Source: the human T2T-CHM13v2.0 reference genome, Homo sapiens. Taken from it: a stretch of DNA of 64,000 bases. The position numbers were made by a program, and so were the translations under genes. The DNA is taken from assembly GCF_009914755.1 (NCBI RefSeq), contig NC_060947.1; one strand, given 5' to 3'. Within the stretch, counting starts at the first letter, position 1. The number at the start of each line of letters is the position of its first letter. The notes below the pieces were generated by a model. It saw only the letters and a list, made by a program, of their open reading frames with translations, did not search any database and was not told the origin of the DNA. Below are positions 34,446-49,194 of the stretch, piece after piece.

Positions 34446-34825
34446 TGTCTTAGTCTACTAGGACAGCCATAAGAAAATACCACAGGCTGGGTGGCTTAAA
34501 CAACAGAAATTCATTTCTCACAGTTCTGGAAGCTGGAAGTTCAAGATCAAGGTGCCAGCAGGTCAGGTTTTGATGAGGGCTGTCTTCCTGGCTTGTAGAT
34601 GAATACCTTCTTGTTGTATCATCACATGATGGGGAGAGAGAGACAGCAAGCTCTCTGGTGTCTCTTCTTACAATGTCACGAATCCCTTTAAATAGGAGTC
34701 CACCTTTGCAACCCTTTCTAACCTTAATTACTTCCTTATAGGTCCTGTCTTCAAATACAGTGACACTGAGGGTTAGGGCTTCAACATATGACTTTTTGTG
34801 GGAGGTACAATTCATTTCCTAGCAG
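34446..34825 (-). mobile_element. MLT1A-like LTR
   Basis: AAATACCACAGGCTGGGTGGCTTAAACAACAGAAATT. Confidence 0.85.
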
Positions 34826-35392
34826 CCTTGCAAATGAATTCCACTCCTCAAAGGCTACTGTCTACTTACTAATAGGGGTGGGCACCCCAGGCTCTTGCCT
34901 GGAGAAAGGGACATGTGTTGAAGGGTGATCTGGGTACTTTATTCTAAAACCACTTGTAAATCACCAGTGAGCCCAATCTGTTACACATCCTGCCCCACTA
35001 ATTGTCCTATTCAGTGACACTCCCAGGACCCACTAGGATGGCAGGTAGATCAGTGGGTGCACAGTGAATGCTGTGAGGGCCAGATGCAGGATTGGGGTTG
35101 GGATTGGGCCTAGGGCAAGGGGGGTTTAGTGAAGAGACTCAAGGTTCACTCTAACCCAAGTGGGGAGCAGAACTCCGTGTATGTGTGTGTGTCTGTGCGC
35201 GCGCACGCACACAGACACACACGCACGCATGAAGACTCAAGAGACGTCACCCATCATCTAACCCTATCCCTTCACTTCACAGATGAGGATATCCAGGTGC
35301 AGCAAGTGGAGGGGGTGCCCACAAAGGAGACATGTTGCTTCAGCACACAAGTCACAGAGTAAGCACACAGTAGGCAGCAATAGATAACTATA

Positions 35393-35395
<3 letters not shown>

Positions 35396-35427
<32 letters not shown>
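35396..35427. repeat. (GT)16 microsatellite
   Basis: Perfect 32-nt GT run. Confidence 0.97.
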
Positions 35428-35429
<2 letters not shown>

Positions 35430-35596
35430 ACGCATGTGTGTGGGACAGAGAGAGACAGACACAGAGTGTGTATTTGTGGTGGAAAAGTGTGTGCTACCTG
35501 TGTGCAGACTATTTAAAAGGATTTTACAGATGGATCTTTCATCCAAAGGGCATTTTTCTTCTCAAGTTTTCTGCCTGCTGGCTAAAACTTCTGGAT

Positions 35597-35811
35597 AGAG
35601 TTGCCAGATAAAATGCAGGATGCTCAGTTCAGCTGGAACTTCAGTGAAACAACAAATAATATTTTCACATACTGATGTACTTAACATCAGTATAAGTATA
35701 TCCTGTGCAGTATTTGGGGGTATACTTGTACTAAAAAATTACTCATTGTTTATCTGAAATTCAAATTGAACTGGCACCCTGTATATTTATATGCTAAATC
35801 TTGGAGCCCTA
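35597..35811. mobile_element. MER53 palindromic hAT MITE
   Basis: TAGAGTTGCCAGATAAAAT...TTGTTTATCTGAAATTCAAATT...GCTAAATCTTGGAGCCCTA. Confidence 0.85.
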
Positions 35812-36677
35812 CTTTTGAAGGGTGGCCAGGTAGCACATGGGGATGCAAATCAGGGAGTATTAATAGATAACCAGGCCAGCACTGCGGGTTCAGCAAGTAG
35901 GCAAGCAAACCCCAGGTTGTAGGAGGAGCAGCTGCTGCCTCCAGAGACCCTTGGGAAGGAAGCAGGCATTGCTCAGCTCACACCTACACTGGTGGCTACT
36001 GCCCCCAACACCTTGCTCATTTCAGGGGCTTCGATGCACAGATAACTTTTCCCATATGAGCCTTTAGGAAGGGCTAACCTTGCCTGGCCTTTCGCTGACC
36101 CATGGCTTAGGGCAGGGCAGGCTGTTTGGGAACCTCTGTTCAGCACTGGGGTTTGTAGACACCCTATGTAGTTTCATGGAGGGGTAAAGGAAGTGTCAAA
36201 GCTGAGGGGTTTTTGGTGACCTCTGCTCATTCTACCTTTCAGGTAGACCTATAACAAGGGTAAGTCAAGGGCAAGTCCTCCTTGGACTAAAGGTCATAGG
36301 GGTGTGGCCTCTAAGGGGGAAGCAGATTGTAGGAGAAAGAAGAAGCTCAGCCTTTTGTTAGTGAGTTGGGATAGTGACTTTGCTTCTCTGAATCTTAACC
36401 TGCCCTTCTTTGGAAGGGGTTATACAAATATTTTCCTAGTATAATAGTTGTAAGAGTTCAGTGGAAATGGTATATAAAAAGAACTTGGCCTAGTTACTGG
36501 ACAAAGGAGCTAGGGGAAGGGGAGCCAGGCCCTCAATGGTTCCCAGTACTCACAAGGTGCCCTTTCTGGCAATGTGTTTCCATTGGCTCTGAGTGTAGGA
36601 CTAAGGTGGACAATATCTCAGTGGAATCTCCAGAAATAAGCCATCCAAGACTGTTTCAGAAGCCTCTAGTTCACTGA

Positions 36678-36949
36678 GGCCGGGCACGGTGGCTCACGCC
36701 TGTAATCCCAGCACTTTGGGAGGCTGAGGCGGGCAGATCGCCTGAGGTCAGGAGTTCGAGACCAGCCTGGCCAACATGGTGAAATCCCGTCTCTACTAAA
36801 AATATAAAAATTATCCAGGTGTTGCAGTGGGCGCCTGAGGCACAAGAATCGCTTGAATCCAGGAGGTGGAGGCTGCAGTGAGCCGTGATTGTGCCATTGC
36901 ACTCCAGCCTGGGTGACAAGAGTGAGACTCCATCTCAAAAAAAAAAAAA
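36678..36949 (+). mobile_element. AluS with internal ~24-bp deletion
   Basis: TSD AAGCCTCTAGTTCACTGA at 36660-36677 and 36948-36965. Confidence 0.94.
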
Positions 36950-37247
36950 GCCTCTAGTTCACTGAATACACAGTTATTTACTCATATGAGGGAGAACAGT
37001 CGATAGACTGCTCTCAAGGAACCCAGGCAAAAATAGGATCTACGAAAGAGAGAGAGAAAAAACCCTGCAGATAATCTGGGAACAGTGAGTCTTGCACTTT
37101 TGCACTTTTTTTGGGTGAAATGATTCAGTGGCAGCTGGCAGGGAGGCCAGTTTGGGTCATCTGCCTTCAAGCAGACCAAGTAGGGAAGCAAAGAAAATAA
37201 TTTCAATAGTTTATGATTTCCCCTGAAAACCTTGAGAATGTAGCTGT

Positions 37248-38450
<1,203 letters not shown>

Positions 38451-38635
38451 TAACTCTTCTTGCTCAACCCAGATAGTGTCGTTTCTTGTTTCTTAGCAGT
38501 GTGAAATTTCTTGAGAGAGTAGCACTCACCTCCTCCTGCCCACTTACTGCATAGCTCACTGCAGCCAGCATGGCCTCCTTCTGATGACCATGTCTAATAG
38601 TCCCCATGCACTCTTCACCCTTCCAGAATAGATTG

Positions 38636-39450
38636 CTGTGGCCAACACTCATTACTTGCTCACCTAGCTTCCATTTGCCTTTCATCACAGCACCTAGAGT
38701 GTCCTTTGCAGATGCTTTTTCCCCATTGTCCAGCAACCATGTGATTTGGGAGACTTTGATTCTTGCCTCCCACACTGCCCTCCATGATGGGTTCAATTGG
38801 CCAAAGCCAGTCAGCATGATCCTATCTCTTTTACTGCAAGTGTTTGGTTCAAGGATGGGTGGGGAAAGATGAAAAGATACCAGGTCTTTGGTGATAGCAT
38901 TAAACTTCTGGATCAAACTTGTCCTGAAGCCTCTTCTGATTATGCACTTTCTAGTTACATGAGCCAACCAATCTCTTCAAGGCTTATGCTAACATGAGTT
39001 GTCTTTTCTGTTCCATAAAGGGCCCTCACTGACACATCTTTATAGTGTTTGATACTATTGACTGCCTTCTGCATGAGTAATGGAAAACCCAAGTAATTGT
39101 GGCTTAAATGTGTTAGAGGTTTTTTGTTTGTTTGTTTATTTGTTTTTTCTCCTTGTAATGAGAATCCTGAGGGGAATTGGTTGCTAGTGTTGGAGTCATT
39201 TCAAGCAGCTCAAAGATGTCACAGCAATTCTCTCAGCTTTTCCCTCATGATCCCACGACGGCTTCTGCAGGTGGAGCCATCACTTCCGTAGTTAAGGCTG
39301 AGAGCGGAAGGAGAGGGCAGAAGAGGTCCCATTACAAGCTGGCTTCTACTAATGTCTCACTGGTCAGAGCTCTGTCCCATGGCTGCTCCTGGCTGCAAGG
39401 AAGTCTGAGAAGGCAAGGTTTTAGCTTTCCAGAGCCTGTAGCAGGGACTG
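38636..39450. mobile_element. Two old MLT1(J-N)-like LTR remnants in opposite orientation
   Basis: AGTTACATGAGCCAA...CTGACACA (+) and CCATGGCTGCTCCTGGCTGCAAGGAAGTCTGAG (-). Confidence 0.5.
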
Positions 39451-40261
39451 GCTGGCTAGAAGGGAGTGAGAGTGTGAGGGAGCCGATCTGGAGTAGCTTG
39501 CTTAAGCCCCCAGGGCTCCTTCAGTGAGCCTTCCTCCTCCCTCTTCCTCCTCCTGCAGCTTCTCTGCCTGGCTCCCAGGCACCTTCTCTGGGCCCCCGCT
39601 ATCCCGTGCAAGCCCATCTGCTGCTGGAAACCTCCAGATGTTTACTTTCAGGCCCCACCTCCCTCCTGTGCTGCCCACCTGTTTGCTCAGCTGTCTGCCA
39701 ATCATCTCCACCTGCTGTCCCTCAGGTGCCGGCCCTGTACACCACTTTCCTAGAGTCACTGAGGATCCAAAGTCAACTCAGCTCCTGTGCTCAAACCACT
39801 CACCCCAGTCGGCCGCAATACTCACTATCTGGAAAGCTCAGATCATGCCCAGAGCTGGCGATGATGGAGTGAAGTGAAGGAGAGCTATGTCCAAGAACCT
39901 CCCAGCTGGAGGGGAGGCAAGGTGGGCATGGGGAGGGCTGCTGCCGCATCTGGAGGGAGAGCCCCGGAAGAAAGGCAGCACTGTCGCTGTGGACTCACTC
40001 CATGGCTGGTTTTCACGGAAATTCTTGTGAGTCCATAGTGTGGTTTTAAAAATTCACCTGCCCTCTGGGCTTTGAGGTCCTCTAACAACCCAGGAGCAGG
40101 CCTTGGATTTTCCAAGGCCTGGGCAGACTTTGTGGCTTCAGATTGTTCTCAACCTCCAGAGGGTTTGAGGACAGGCAGCAGGAGCCCCTGGCCTTGCCCA
40201 GAAAGTAGCACAAAGTACGCACCCACACAAGTTACCAGCCGGAAGGGAGACCAGTGGCAGG

Positions 40262-40373
40262 CAGAAAAGGAAGGGAGGAAGGGAGGGAGGGAGGGAGGAA
40301 GGAAGGAAAAGAGGAAGGAAGGAAGGAAAAGAAGGAGGAAGGGAGGGAGAGAGGAAAGGAAGAAGGAAAGGGG
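40262..40373. repeat. Polypurine (GGAA/GGGA)n tract
   Basis: About 110 nt of only A and G. Confidence 0.95.
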
Positions 40374-41109
40374 CAGAAGCTGGCATGTGGGGGAACCCCA
40401 GGCCCCGCCTGGTTCTCTTTTTCTGTATGCAGCCTCAGGTCGCTTCCTTCTGTGGACCTCAATTTCCTCTTCTGCAAAAAGAAGGCCTGGATTAGCTCAC
40501 TCCCCAGGCCTCTTCTAGCCCTGACAGTGTGATTTTCTAATTTCTTTCAGACTTCAGGGGCCTGCAGACCCCATGCTAATGTGTATGAATAAAACATGGC
40601 CATCTGAAAGCTCTGAATATTGCAAGTATTTGCTTTGGATGTGTTCTCCCTTAACTGTGCGAAGCAGCGTCCAGCTGGGGCCCCCGCAGCCTCCTGTTTG
40701 GATTGTTCGCGTGTGGCCTGACTCCCTGAGGTGGGGAGGGGTTGGGGGTGGGGGAGGGTCCAGCCTCCCGGGTATGCCTGGGCCCTCCTCCCTCCACCTC
40801 TCCCATACCCTGGCCCTGAGGAGGGCTTTGTTCTTAGACCTCAACCCCAAATCCACCTCACCAGTTCCCCTTCGAGGCGGTGCTCCAGGCCCTAATCCCC
40901 ACTGCACCGAGGACATTTCCCTTGGCCATCTGCCCTGGCACCTTCACACTTCACGTGTCTGTCCGTCCACCCTGGGAGACAGCCTGTCCTCCATTGCAGG
41001 GCTGCACCTTCCGGCAGCCGAACGTCTGTCCCCTGGGACTGTAGCCATATCCTATGTATCTTTTGTGGGAGCTCAACAAATGTAGGCTTTTTTTTTCCCT
41101 TAATTTTCA

Positions 41110-41890
<781 letters not shown>

Positions 41891-42257
41891 CTCAACAGAT
41901 AGAATTTTTGATTGATCGATTGGTTGAAAAGACCTAAATTACTAGATGAACAACAATTCTCTAAACACAAAGTCTGTAAGAAATCTAGATTTCAGGACAG
42001 TTCTAAGTAATGGATACAGTGTATCTAACACAAAGAAAATCCAATATTCTGATAGTTGAGTTTAGAGGTGATTACTTTTATTACAGAAAAGTTCTTTCCT
42101 ACATAATTGCATTTAAAATAGAATTCAATTAACAATTTTTTACAACATTTTAGGGATGCATTCACACTGCAAATTATCTATAACCATGCTAGATGTTGCG
42201 CAAAGAGGGAGGGTTTTGAGAGTAAAAGGGAGATGCTATTAATAATTATGCCAGACA

Positions 42258-42620
<363 letters not shown>

Positions 42621-42702
42621 TTATAACTGGGATCCATCTTCTTAAAATAGTAGCTGGGGAACATAGAATATTTTTGTGTTTCTCCAAAAATATTAGATGG
42701 TG

Positions 42703-43260
42703 GATCAGTTAAGGTTACACTAGCTGTGGTACCACATATAGTAGCAAATCTCAGTTTATTTCTCAACCACATAAAGTTCAAAATAGGTGTATTGGTGATT
42801 GGTGGGGGTGGGGGGTGGGCGGTGGGGTGGGGTAGGCTGGGGAAGTGGGGAGTGCCCTGCTCCAGGCATCCATTCAAGGACCTGGGCTGAGGGAGGCTCT
42901 GCCATCTGTCACAGGTGCCTTTCAAATTTGTCTCAGACTGAGGGGTTTCCCAGAGGGCAGACTTTCAGTGTTAAAATTGGGACAGTTCCTGGCAAGTTGG
43001 TACAGTTGGTCACCTATTTCCAAGGTTGCCCTAAAGATTGACAGCCAACTGGTGGGGAGGGGAAGAAAGAGAGCGGAGAATAGCATGATGGGGTGAGGAG
43101 AGGGTCTATAGGCCAGGCCACTCATCATATCTGCCTGCCTTCTATTGGCCAGAATGCAGTCTCATGGCCACACTTGGCTGCAAGGGAGACTGGGAAACGT
43201 AGTCTAGCTCTGTGCCAAAAAGGAAGGGGAAATGGATTGGGTGACGAACCAGCGATCTCT
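42703..43260 (-). mobile_element. Old MLT1J/K-like LTR with MER81-like insertion (42905-43016)
   Basis: ATTGGCCAGAATGCAGTCTCATGGCCACAC...GCAAGGGAGACTGGGAAA. Confidence 0.65.
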
Positions 43261-44243
43261 CTAATGGAGGGGAATTAATAATATCTTCTTTGACATGTGT
43301 CCTTAGATGAGATGGACGTCTTTGTCCACGGGAATATGTCTGGGATATTCGTCCACTGGAATATGATCTCTTTTGAAACTGAAGTCTCATTTGCCTAGCA
43401 GTCAATGGTGTTCAGCTCTGGGTGTCCACGTGTCCTAGGCCTCTGCCAACAGACAGCCTTGAACACTCTGGGCTTCTGGGAAGGTTGGGGATGGGGCATT
43501 GTGGAGGTGACAACTGGCAGCCACAGAGACCAACTAAAAGCGAACCAAGTCACATGCAAGGAGAGCAGAGAAGTGCCACATTGGAGGGTCTGCTTGTGCT
43601 GCAAATTGAAAACTTGTGGCCTGGGAAGCCACTCCAATGCATTCTGGCACCCACAATGAAAATGTAGCAATGTCATTAGTCTTCAATAGGTCTACTTTTT
43701 CCAGGCCAAGATCGTGGGTGAGTCATTTCACACAGCTGAGCGTTTCTGTGGCAGTGAGTGCACTTCACAATCATTAACTCTCATAGCATCCCTGAGAAGT
43801 TGGTGAGGGCTGTTAACCCCAGGCTGGGGGAATGCCCCATGCTTCCTTGCACAGGATCTGTCCTCCCCTAGGTACCCTTGATGCAGCCCGAGAGCAGCTC
43901 TGGGAGATCGTTTTCAGGTGCTTGATTCTAGGGCCTCAGACAGTTGGTCCAGGCTGTTCCTGCCTTCCCAGGTGAGGGAGCGTTTGTGCCGGAAGTGGAG
44001 AAGCAAATGATACTAATTTTCCTCGTATCCTTGCCTGGACACCTCCTGTGAGGATCAAAGTTCAAGGAGTTAGTGTGAGTGTGAGTTGACAAGACCACCC
44101 AGGGCAACCCTAGCTGGAAGGACTTGGTGTTTCTGCAGCCTCTACCCAAGGGACCAAAGGGCTTTCTTTTCCGAGGGTGGCCTTGGAACACAGATCTTTC
44201 CTTTCTTAACTCTCTTGTTGGGGTCACAGACTCAGTCAGCCAC

Positions 44244-44700
44244 TGCATTTGTTTCTTGTGGCTGCTGCCACAAATTACCACAAACTTGACGGCTCACAGT
44301 TTTGGAAGCCGGAAGCCCCAAATCATTGTCACTGAGCTGAAATCAAGGTGGCCATAGGGCCAAGCTACTTCAGGAGGCTCTAGGGGAGAATCCGTTCCTT
44401 GCCTCCTCCAGCTCCTGGTGACTGCCAGCCTTCCTTGGTTTATGGCTGCAGCACTCCCTTCTCTGCCTCTGTGGTCACATACATGGCCTTCTTTTCTCCT
44501 CTCTATACTCTCCCTCTGCCTTTCTCTTATGAGGGCACTTGTGATGGCATTTAGAGTCTACCCAAATAATCCAGGATAATGCCCTCATCTCAAGACCTTT
44601 AACTTAATCACATCTGCAAAGTCTTTTTTATTTTGTCATATAAGGTATCACACGTTCCAGGCATTAGCACATGGACATCATTGATTTTTCTGGGGGGAGA
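44244..44700 (-). mobile_element. MLT1C-like LTR
   Basis: GGAGGCTCTAGGGGAGAATCCGTTCCTTGCC...AATCCAGGATAAT...TAATCACATCTGCAAAG. Confidence 0.82.
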
Positions 44701-44849
44701 TTGGGGTTCTGTTTCGTTTTTGCAGGCGTAACAGGGAGAGGGGCACTACTCAGCCTCCCACAGCTACTGTGGCACAAAATATTTCAAACAGTGGGAGACT
44801 CTTTCTGGATATGCATGAGAGGGGGAGGCAACCGGCTGCTCTGTGCCAG

Positions 44850-45020
44850 ATGCTTGTGATCTCATTTAATTATTCCAGAACCCTGTGAGCAGGTATTGTT
44901 ATTTCCACTCACCAGTGTGAGACCCAGAGAGGTGAAGTGACTTGCTTAAGGAAACACAGTGGGTAAGAGAAGAAGCTGGACTTAAACAGGGCTGCCTGAC
45001 TCTAGAGCCCATATTCTTTC
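44850..45020 (-). mobile_element. MIR
   Basis: CAGAGAGGTGAAGTGACTTGC...TGACTCTAGAGCCC. Confidence 0.7.
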
Positions 45021-45623
45021 TACGGAAACAGAGGAAGTTGCACAAGGAATCACTTGGTATGCAGATGAACAAGCACATTTCCACGTCTTGGCCAGATCAA
45101 CCATATTCCCCGTGCAGGGGTTTCTGGCCTTTTGCCTCTCTCTGGGAGAATCCCTTAGCCACGTGCTAACGCGACCTGACTGCAGGCCCTGAGTGTAGAT
45201 GCGGCCGACCCAGATGCCAGGGAGGTCCCAGCAGCTCTGTCGCGAGCCCCTTTTCATTGGCATTATCTCTTTTCACAAACCCATTTCTGGTTCCTTTCTT
45301 CATCTTCTCCAACTTAGATGAAACTATTGCTACTTTTCATACCCAGTGTTCTGGAACGTTTCTTCCCTTGTTACCACTGTGTGTTTGGTAATTTCCTCAT
45401 TGACAGGAAAATAGGCAAAAGGCTGTAATACCCAATATAAGTGAGTCAATGTGTGTATAGGGCATACTTCATCACATGAGTAGACACATTTGTGAAACGT
45501 ATTTACTAGACTGGTGCTTCAGATGTGATGCTGATTGGAGTGAATGATGAAGAGTTTAACTTACTGGTTCCCCTCTGGACTTCCTTTAGAGCAAATCAAC
45601 TCTTTATGGTTTATTAGCCATAC

Positions 45624-45765
45624 TCAGCTAACTTTTTGTATTTTTTTTTTAAAGACGGATTTTCACCATGTTGCCCAGGCCTTCTCCAACTCTTGAACTC
45701 AGCGATCTGCCCGCCTCAACCTCCCAAAGTACTGGGATTACAGGTGTGAGCCACCTCATCTGGCC
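45624..45765 (-). mobile_element. Alu left monomer fragment
   Basis: CTAACTTTTTGTATT...GATTACAGGTGTGAGCCAC. Confidence 0.85.
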
Positions 45766-46290
45766 TATTTTCTTTTAAACCAATGAATAAATAGATCTAA
45801 GCCACCTACCACTTCTCTCTCTCTCTTTTTTTTTTTTTTTTTTGAGGAGAGATGGGAGTGGAAAGGAAAGCTAACTTTTGCATGTTAGCACTTGTGGCCC
45901 TATCATCAAATAGATTACCACTTGCTAGAGCATACTGATAGTTAAGAGCTACATGTGCACACAGGCATGCACATATGCATACAATTTAGCTGACTAGAAG
46001 ATCCTATTCAGCACACTTTTGGGCTTCTCAAACCCTATTTTAGACAGGTTTTGAGGTTGTTTGCAGGCTAGGCTGCAACAACAAATAAACCCTTAACATC
46101 TTAGTGGCTGAACACAATAATAACTGATTTCTTGCTCATAAAGTGTGATGCAGGTTGCTAGGGCTCTTCTCTTTCCAGTAACTCAAGGATCCAGGCTCCC
46201 TTCAGTTGAGGATGCCATCATTTTAATGCAAGCCCTTCATGTTTGCCACTTTAGGGATAGCAAAAGATTGAAGACAGTACACTGGTTCTT

Positions 46291-46372
46291 TTTATTTATT
46301 TATTTTTTTGTGTGTGTGAGATGTAGTCTCGCTCTGTTGCCAGGCTGGAGTGCTGTGGTGCAATCTCTGCTT
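46291..46372 (-). mobile_element. Extremely 5'-truncated Alu (about 50 nt plus tail)
   Basis: TSD AGTACACTGGTTCTT at 46276-46290 and 46373-46387. Confidence 0.9.
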
Positions 46373-46957
46373 AGTACACTGGTTCTTAAATGCTTTGGCC
46401 TGCTACTCACATTTCATTGGATAGAGCCAGTCATATGGTCTCACCTACCTGCAAGAGTCCTGGAAAGTGTGGCGTTCTCATGTACTCAGAAAAAAAGAGA
46501 GCTGAATATAGGCACAGTCAATTCACATTATTCACGGTAGTTATGGTCCATAAAGTCTCAGTGAATACTGAATTAACTAATATGGAACCATTGCTCCTAA
46601 GGGCTGTATAGGGTTAAGTTCCTACAAGCCTCTGATCACATTATAATCAGCCAATCAATACATAATCTTGTTTTATGTGTGTTTCTGTTTAAAGACATCT
46701 TAATTAATACATAGATGGTTCATTAACATTGAACATAACAGCACTATAACTCATGCCTTAATGAATTACATGTATATATCATGTATTTTCTCTGTAAGGC
46801 ATATCACAGTCCCGTTGCACCTAGGAACACTAGACAGCCCTTCAATACTACACTTGGGGGCCATTTTAAACAGTGAAATCACCAGGAAATAGGACAAAAA
46901 TGTGAAAAAGGGGGCATTAGGTAGGTCTCAAAAAGGCCATGTTTATGGTATGGGAGT

Positions 46958-47823
46958 TGTAGTGAATTTTTATAATATGTTGTCTCAGCATCATTTTGAA
47001 TATATTGGACTTTCTCATACCAGAAGCAGGGCTTAGTCACCCTTGACACAGTTTCCTGTTCTCCATCTCCTTCCTGTTCCTCAATGTGGTCGATCCAGAT
47101 ATCTACCTTATACAGTCACCTGCTGGTGACCACCTCCCTACGGGACAGCTAGATACAACCTACTTGACTGGCCCCACTGACACCCCACACTCTACATGGG
47201 CCGCACGGATCTGCCACAGCGACCCCTTCTCAGTCACAGCGTGCCTCCATGGAACTCCTGCCTGCTGGCTTTCAACCCACTGATGAGAACTCCCCACGGG
47301 AAAGCGGCCTGGGAATGCCTGGACCCCGATAAAGGCCTAGGCCCACAGGTCCCTCACTCTCTATCTTGCTCCCCACCTGCTGGCTAAGCATGGATGGCCC
47401 AGAGGGTTCCTTCCTTCTTGCTGGCCCTGAGAGGAATCTGTAAAGAAGATGCTGCCTCTGGTATTTTGCGCGTTCTGTGGAGCTGCCTCTCTGTGTCTCA
47501 CCCCACCCACACACCCGGACCTAACTTCTTTCCCGGTTGGCGTTCTCCTAGAGAGTGGCTCTCTTGGCAGGAATAGACTCGACACAGGTCAGACAAGAGC
47601 CACAAGGGCGCCTGCGACTATAAACAACTTTCCTGTGAGAGGGACACCTGGTCATGGTTTGGACACTTAAGAATTAGGCTGTCTGCCAAGATAAAGAAGT
47701 GTCCTGTGAAAAGCACACTGTAAACATCCACGACCAAATTCCCTGGAACCCTGTTAAGGCAGACTGAGAGTTTATAGCCACTCTCATGAGACAGACCTTA
47801 AGACCAAATTAGAAAAAAATACA
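46958..47823 (+). mobile_element. MER54/MER73-like ERVL solo LTR
   Basis: TGTAGTGAATT...CCAGAAGCAGGGCTTAGTCACCCTTGACACAG...GACCAAATTAGAAAAAAATACA. Confidence 0.65.
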
Positions 47824-47864
47824 AGAGCTGAAACAAGAAAGCAGAGTGTCACCTTGTTTGACCG

Positions 47865-48262
47865 TGTTCCTCGGTGAGCAGGTATATGCAAATCTATCCC
47901 CAAAGGCCAGGGGAGCTGAGAGACCGAAAAAAGAGGCTGACAAATCCAGTTTCTCAGAAAGAAACATTTAATAGGGACTTACAAACAGAAGTGATGTCTC
48001 AGGTGGTCATGAGACAGTAGATCGCCGCACCCACCCTCCGGAAAATATCCTGTATTTAGCAAGCTTTTATGGCAAAATGTGTAGCTGGTCACACCTCAGA
48101 CTTTCTTGTGAGACTTGTGACTACTGGGTTATATACGCATCTTTATGGGATGTTATCTATGCTACGGAAACACCTTGGTATGCAGGAGTCAACATCTGTC
48201 AACATGACGGTTTTGCTTCAAGATGGTGCCACACCTGCCATGCCACAGGCTGTTTACCTATA
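47865..48262 (-). mobile_element. LTR47-like ERVL solo LTR
   Basis: Minus strand AAACAGCCTGTGGCATGGCAGG...CCATCTTGAAGCAAAACC; TSD GACCG / GACCT. Confidence 0.7.
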
Positions 48263-48429
48263 GACCTCAGCTGGGAATATGCACATTGGGTGACTTAAAC
48301 TTGTTGCCACTCTGCATGTGTCCACAAATGACCACAAAAGCGTCTTAAGTAATCAGTTTGGGGTTACATATAAATTTTAGTAAGTAGAATTTGCAAATAT
48401 CAAACACATGACTATGAGGACTTACTATA

Positions 48430-49015
48430 TATTAGTTATCTATTGCTGTAGTATAAGCCATGCCAATACTTAGTGGCTTAAAACACCAACATATATTTTT
48501 TTCGGGGCTCTACAATTGCACAGGGCTCAGCAGGGTCAGCTCATCTCTGCTCCACTTGGCGTCAACTGGGGCATCTCAAAGGCTGGAGGTTGAAATCATC
48601 CAAGGCTAGCTCACTCACATATCTACCTCCTGGCCTGGGAAGACCCAAGTGGCTGGAGGCTGGAGGATGGTACAACTGGAGCCCTTCAGGCATTTACCTC
48701 TATGTAGTCACTCTGTGTGGTCTCTTCAGCATGGAGCTTTCGGGGAAGCCAGGCTCAGGGCTCCCAAAAAAGCCTGTGTCCTGAGAGAGAGCCAGATTGA
48801 AGCTGTGTCTCCTTTTATGGCCTGACCTTGGGAATCACACAGAGTCACTTCTGCCATACTTCATTAATTGAGGCAGTCACAAAGTTGCATCCAGGTTCCT
48901 GGAGTGATGACATAAACTCTATATGTTGATTGGGGAGTGTCAAGGTCATATTATATGAAGAATACATGAGATGGGAGATAGTGTTGAAGCATTTAGGAAA
49001 ATAAAATCTGCCACA
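48430..49015 (-). mobile_element. MLT1G/H-like LTR
   Basis: TTAGTTATCTATTGCTG...GCTCATCTCTGCTCCAC...AAATCTGCCACA. Confidence 0.75.
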
Positions 49016-49194
49016 ATGGGTGGGTATTTTTATAATAAACTACCACCATCAGTCCTCTGGCTTACAAATATTTGGTTCATTTTTTTTTATTCTTCTTTCC
49101 CCTAAAATAACATGCTCATCCCATTCCCAAGAAATTTAACCCAAAGTCTTATCCAGCAACTACATCCCAGCTCAAAGGTCAGGATCTCTGGGCA

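Larger units (their letters stand above)
46515..48430. mobile_element. MER82-like Tigger DNA element split by two LTRs
   Basis: Starts CAGTCAATTCACATTATTCACGGTAGTTATG; resumes at 47824-47864 and 48263-48430. Confidence 0.7.
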
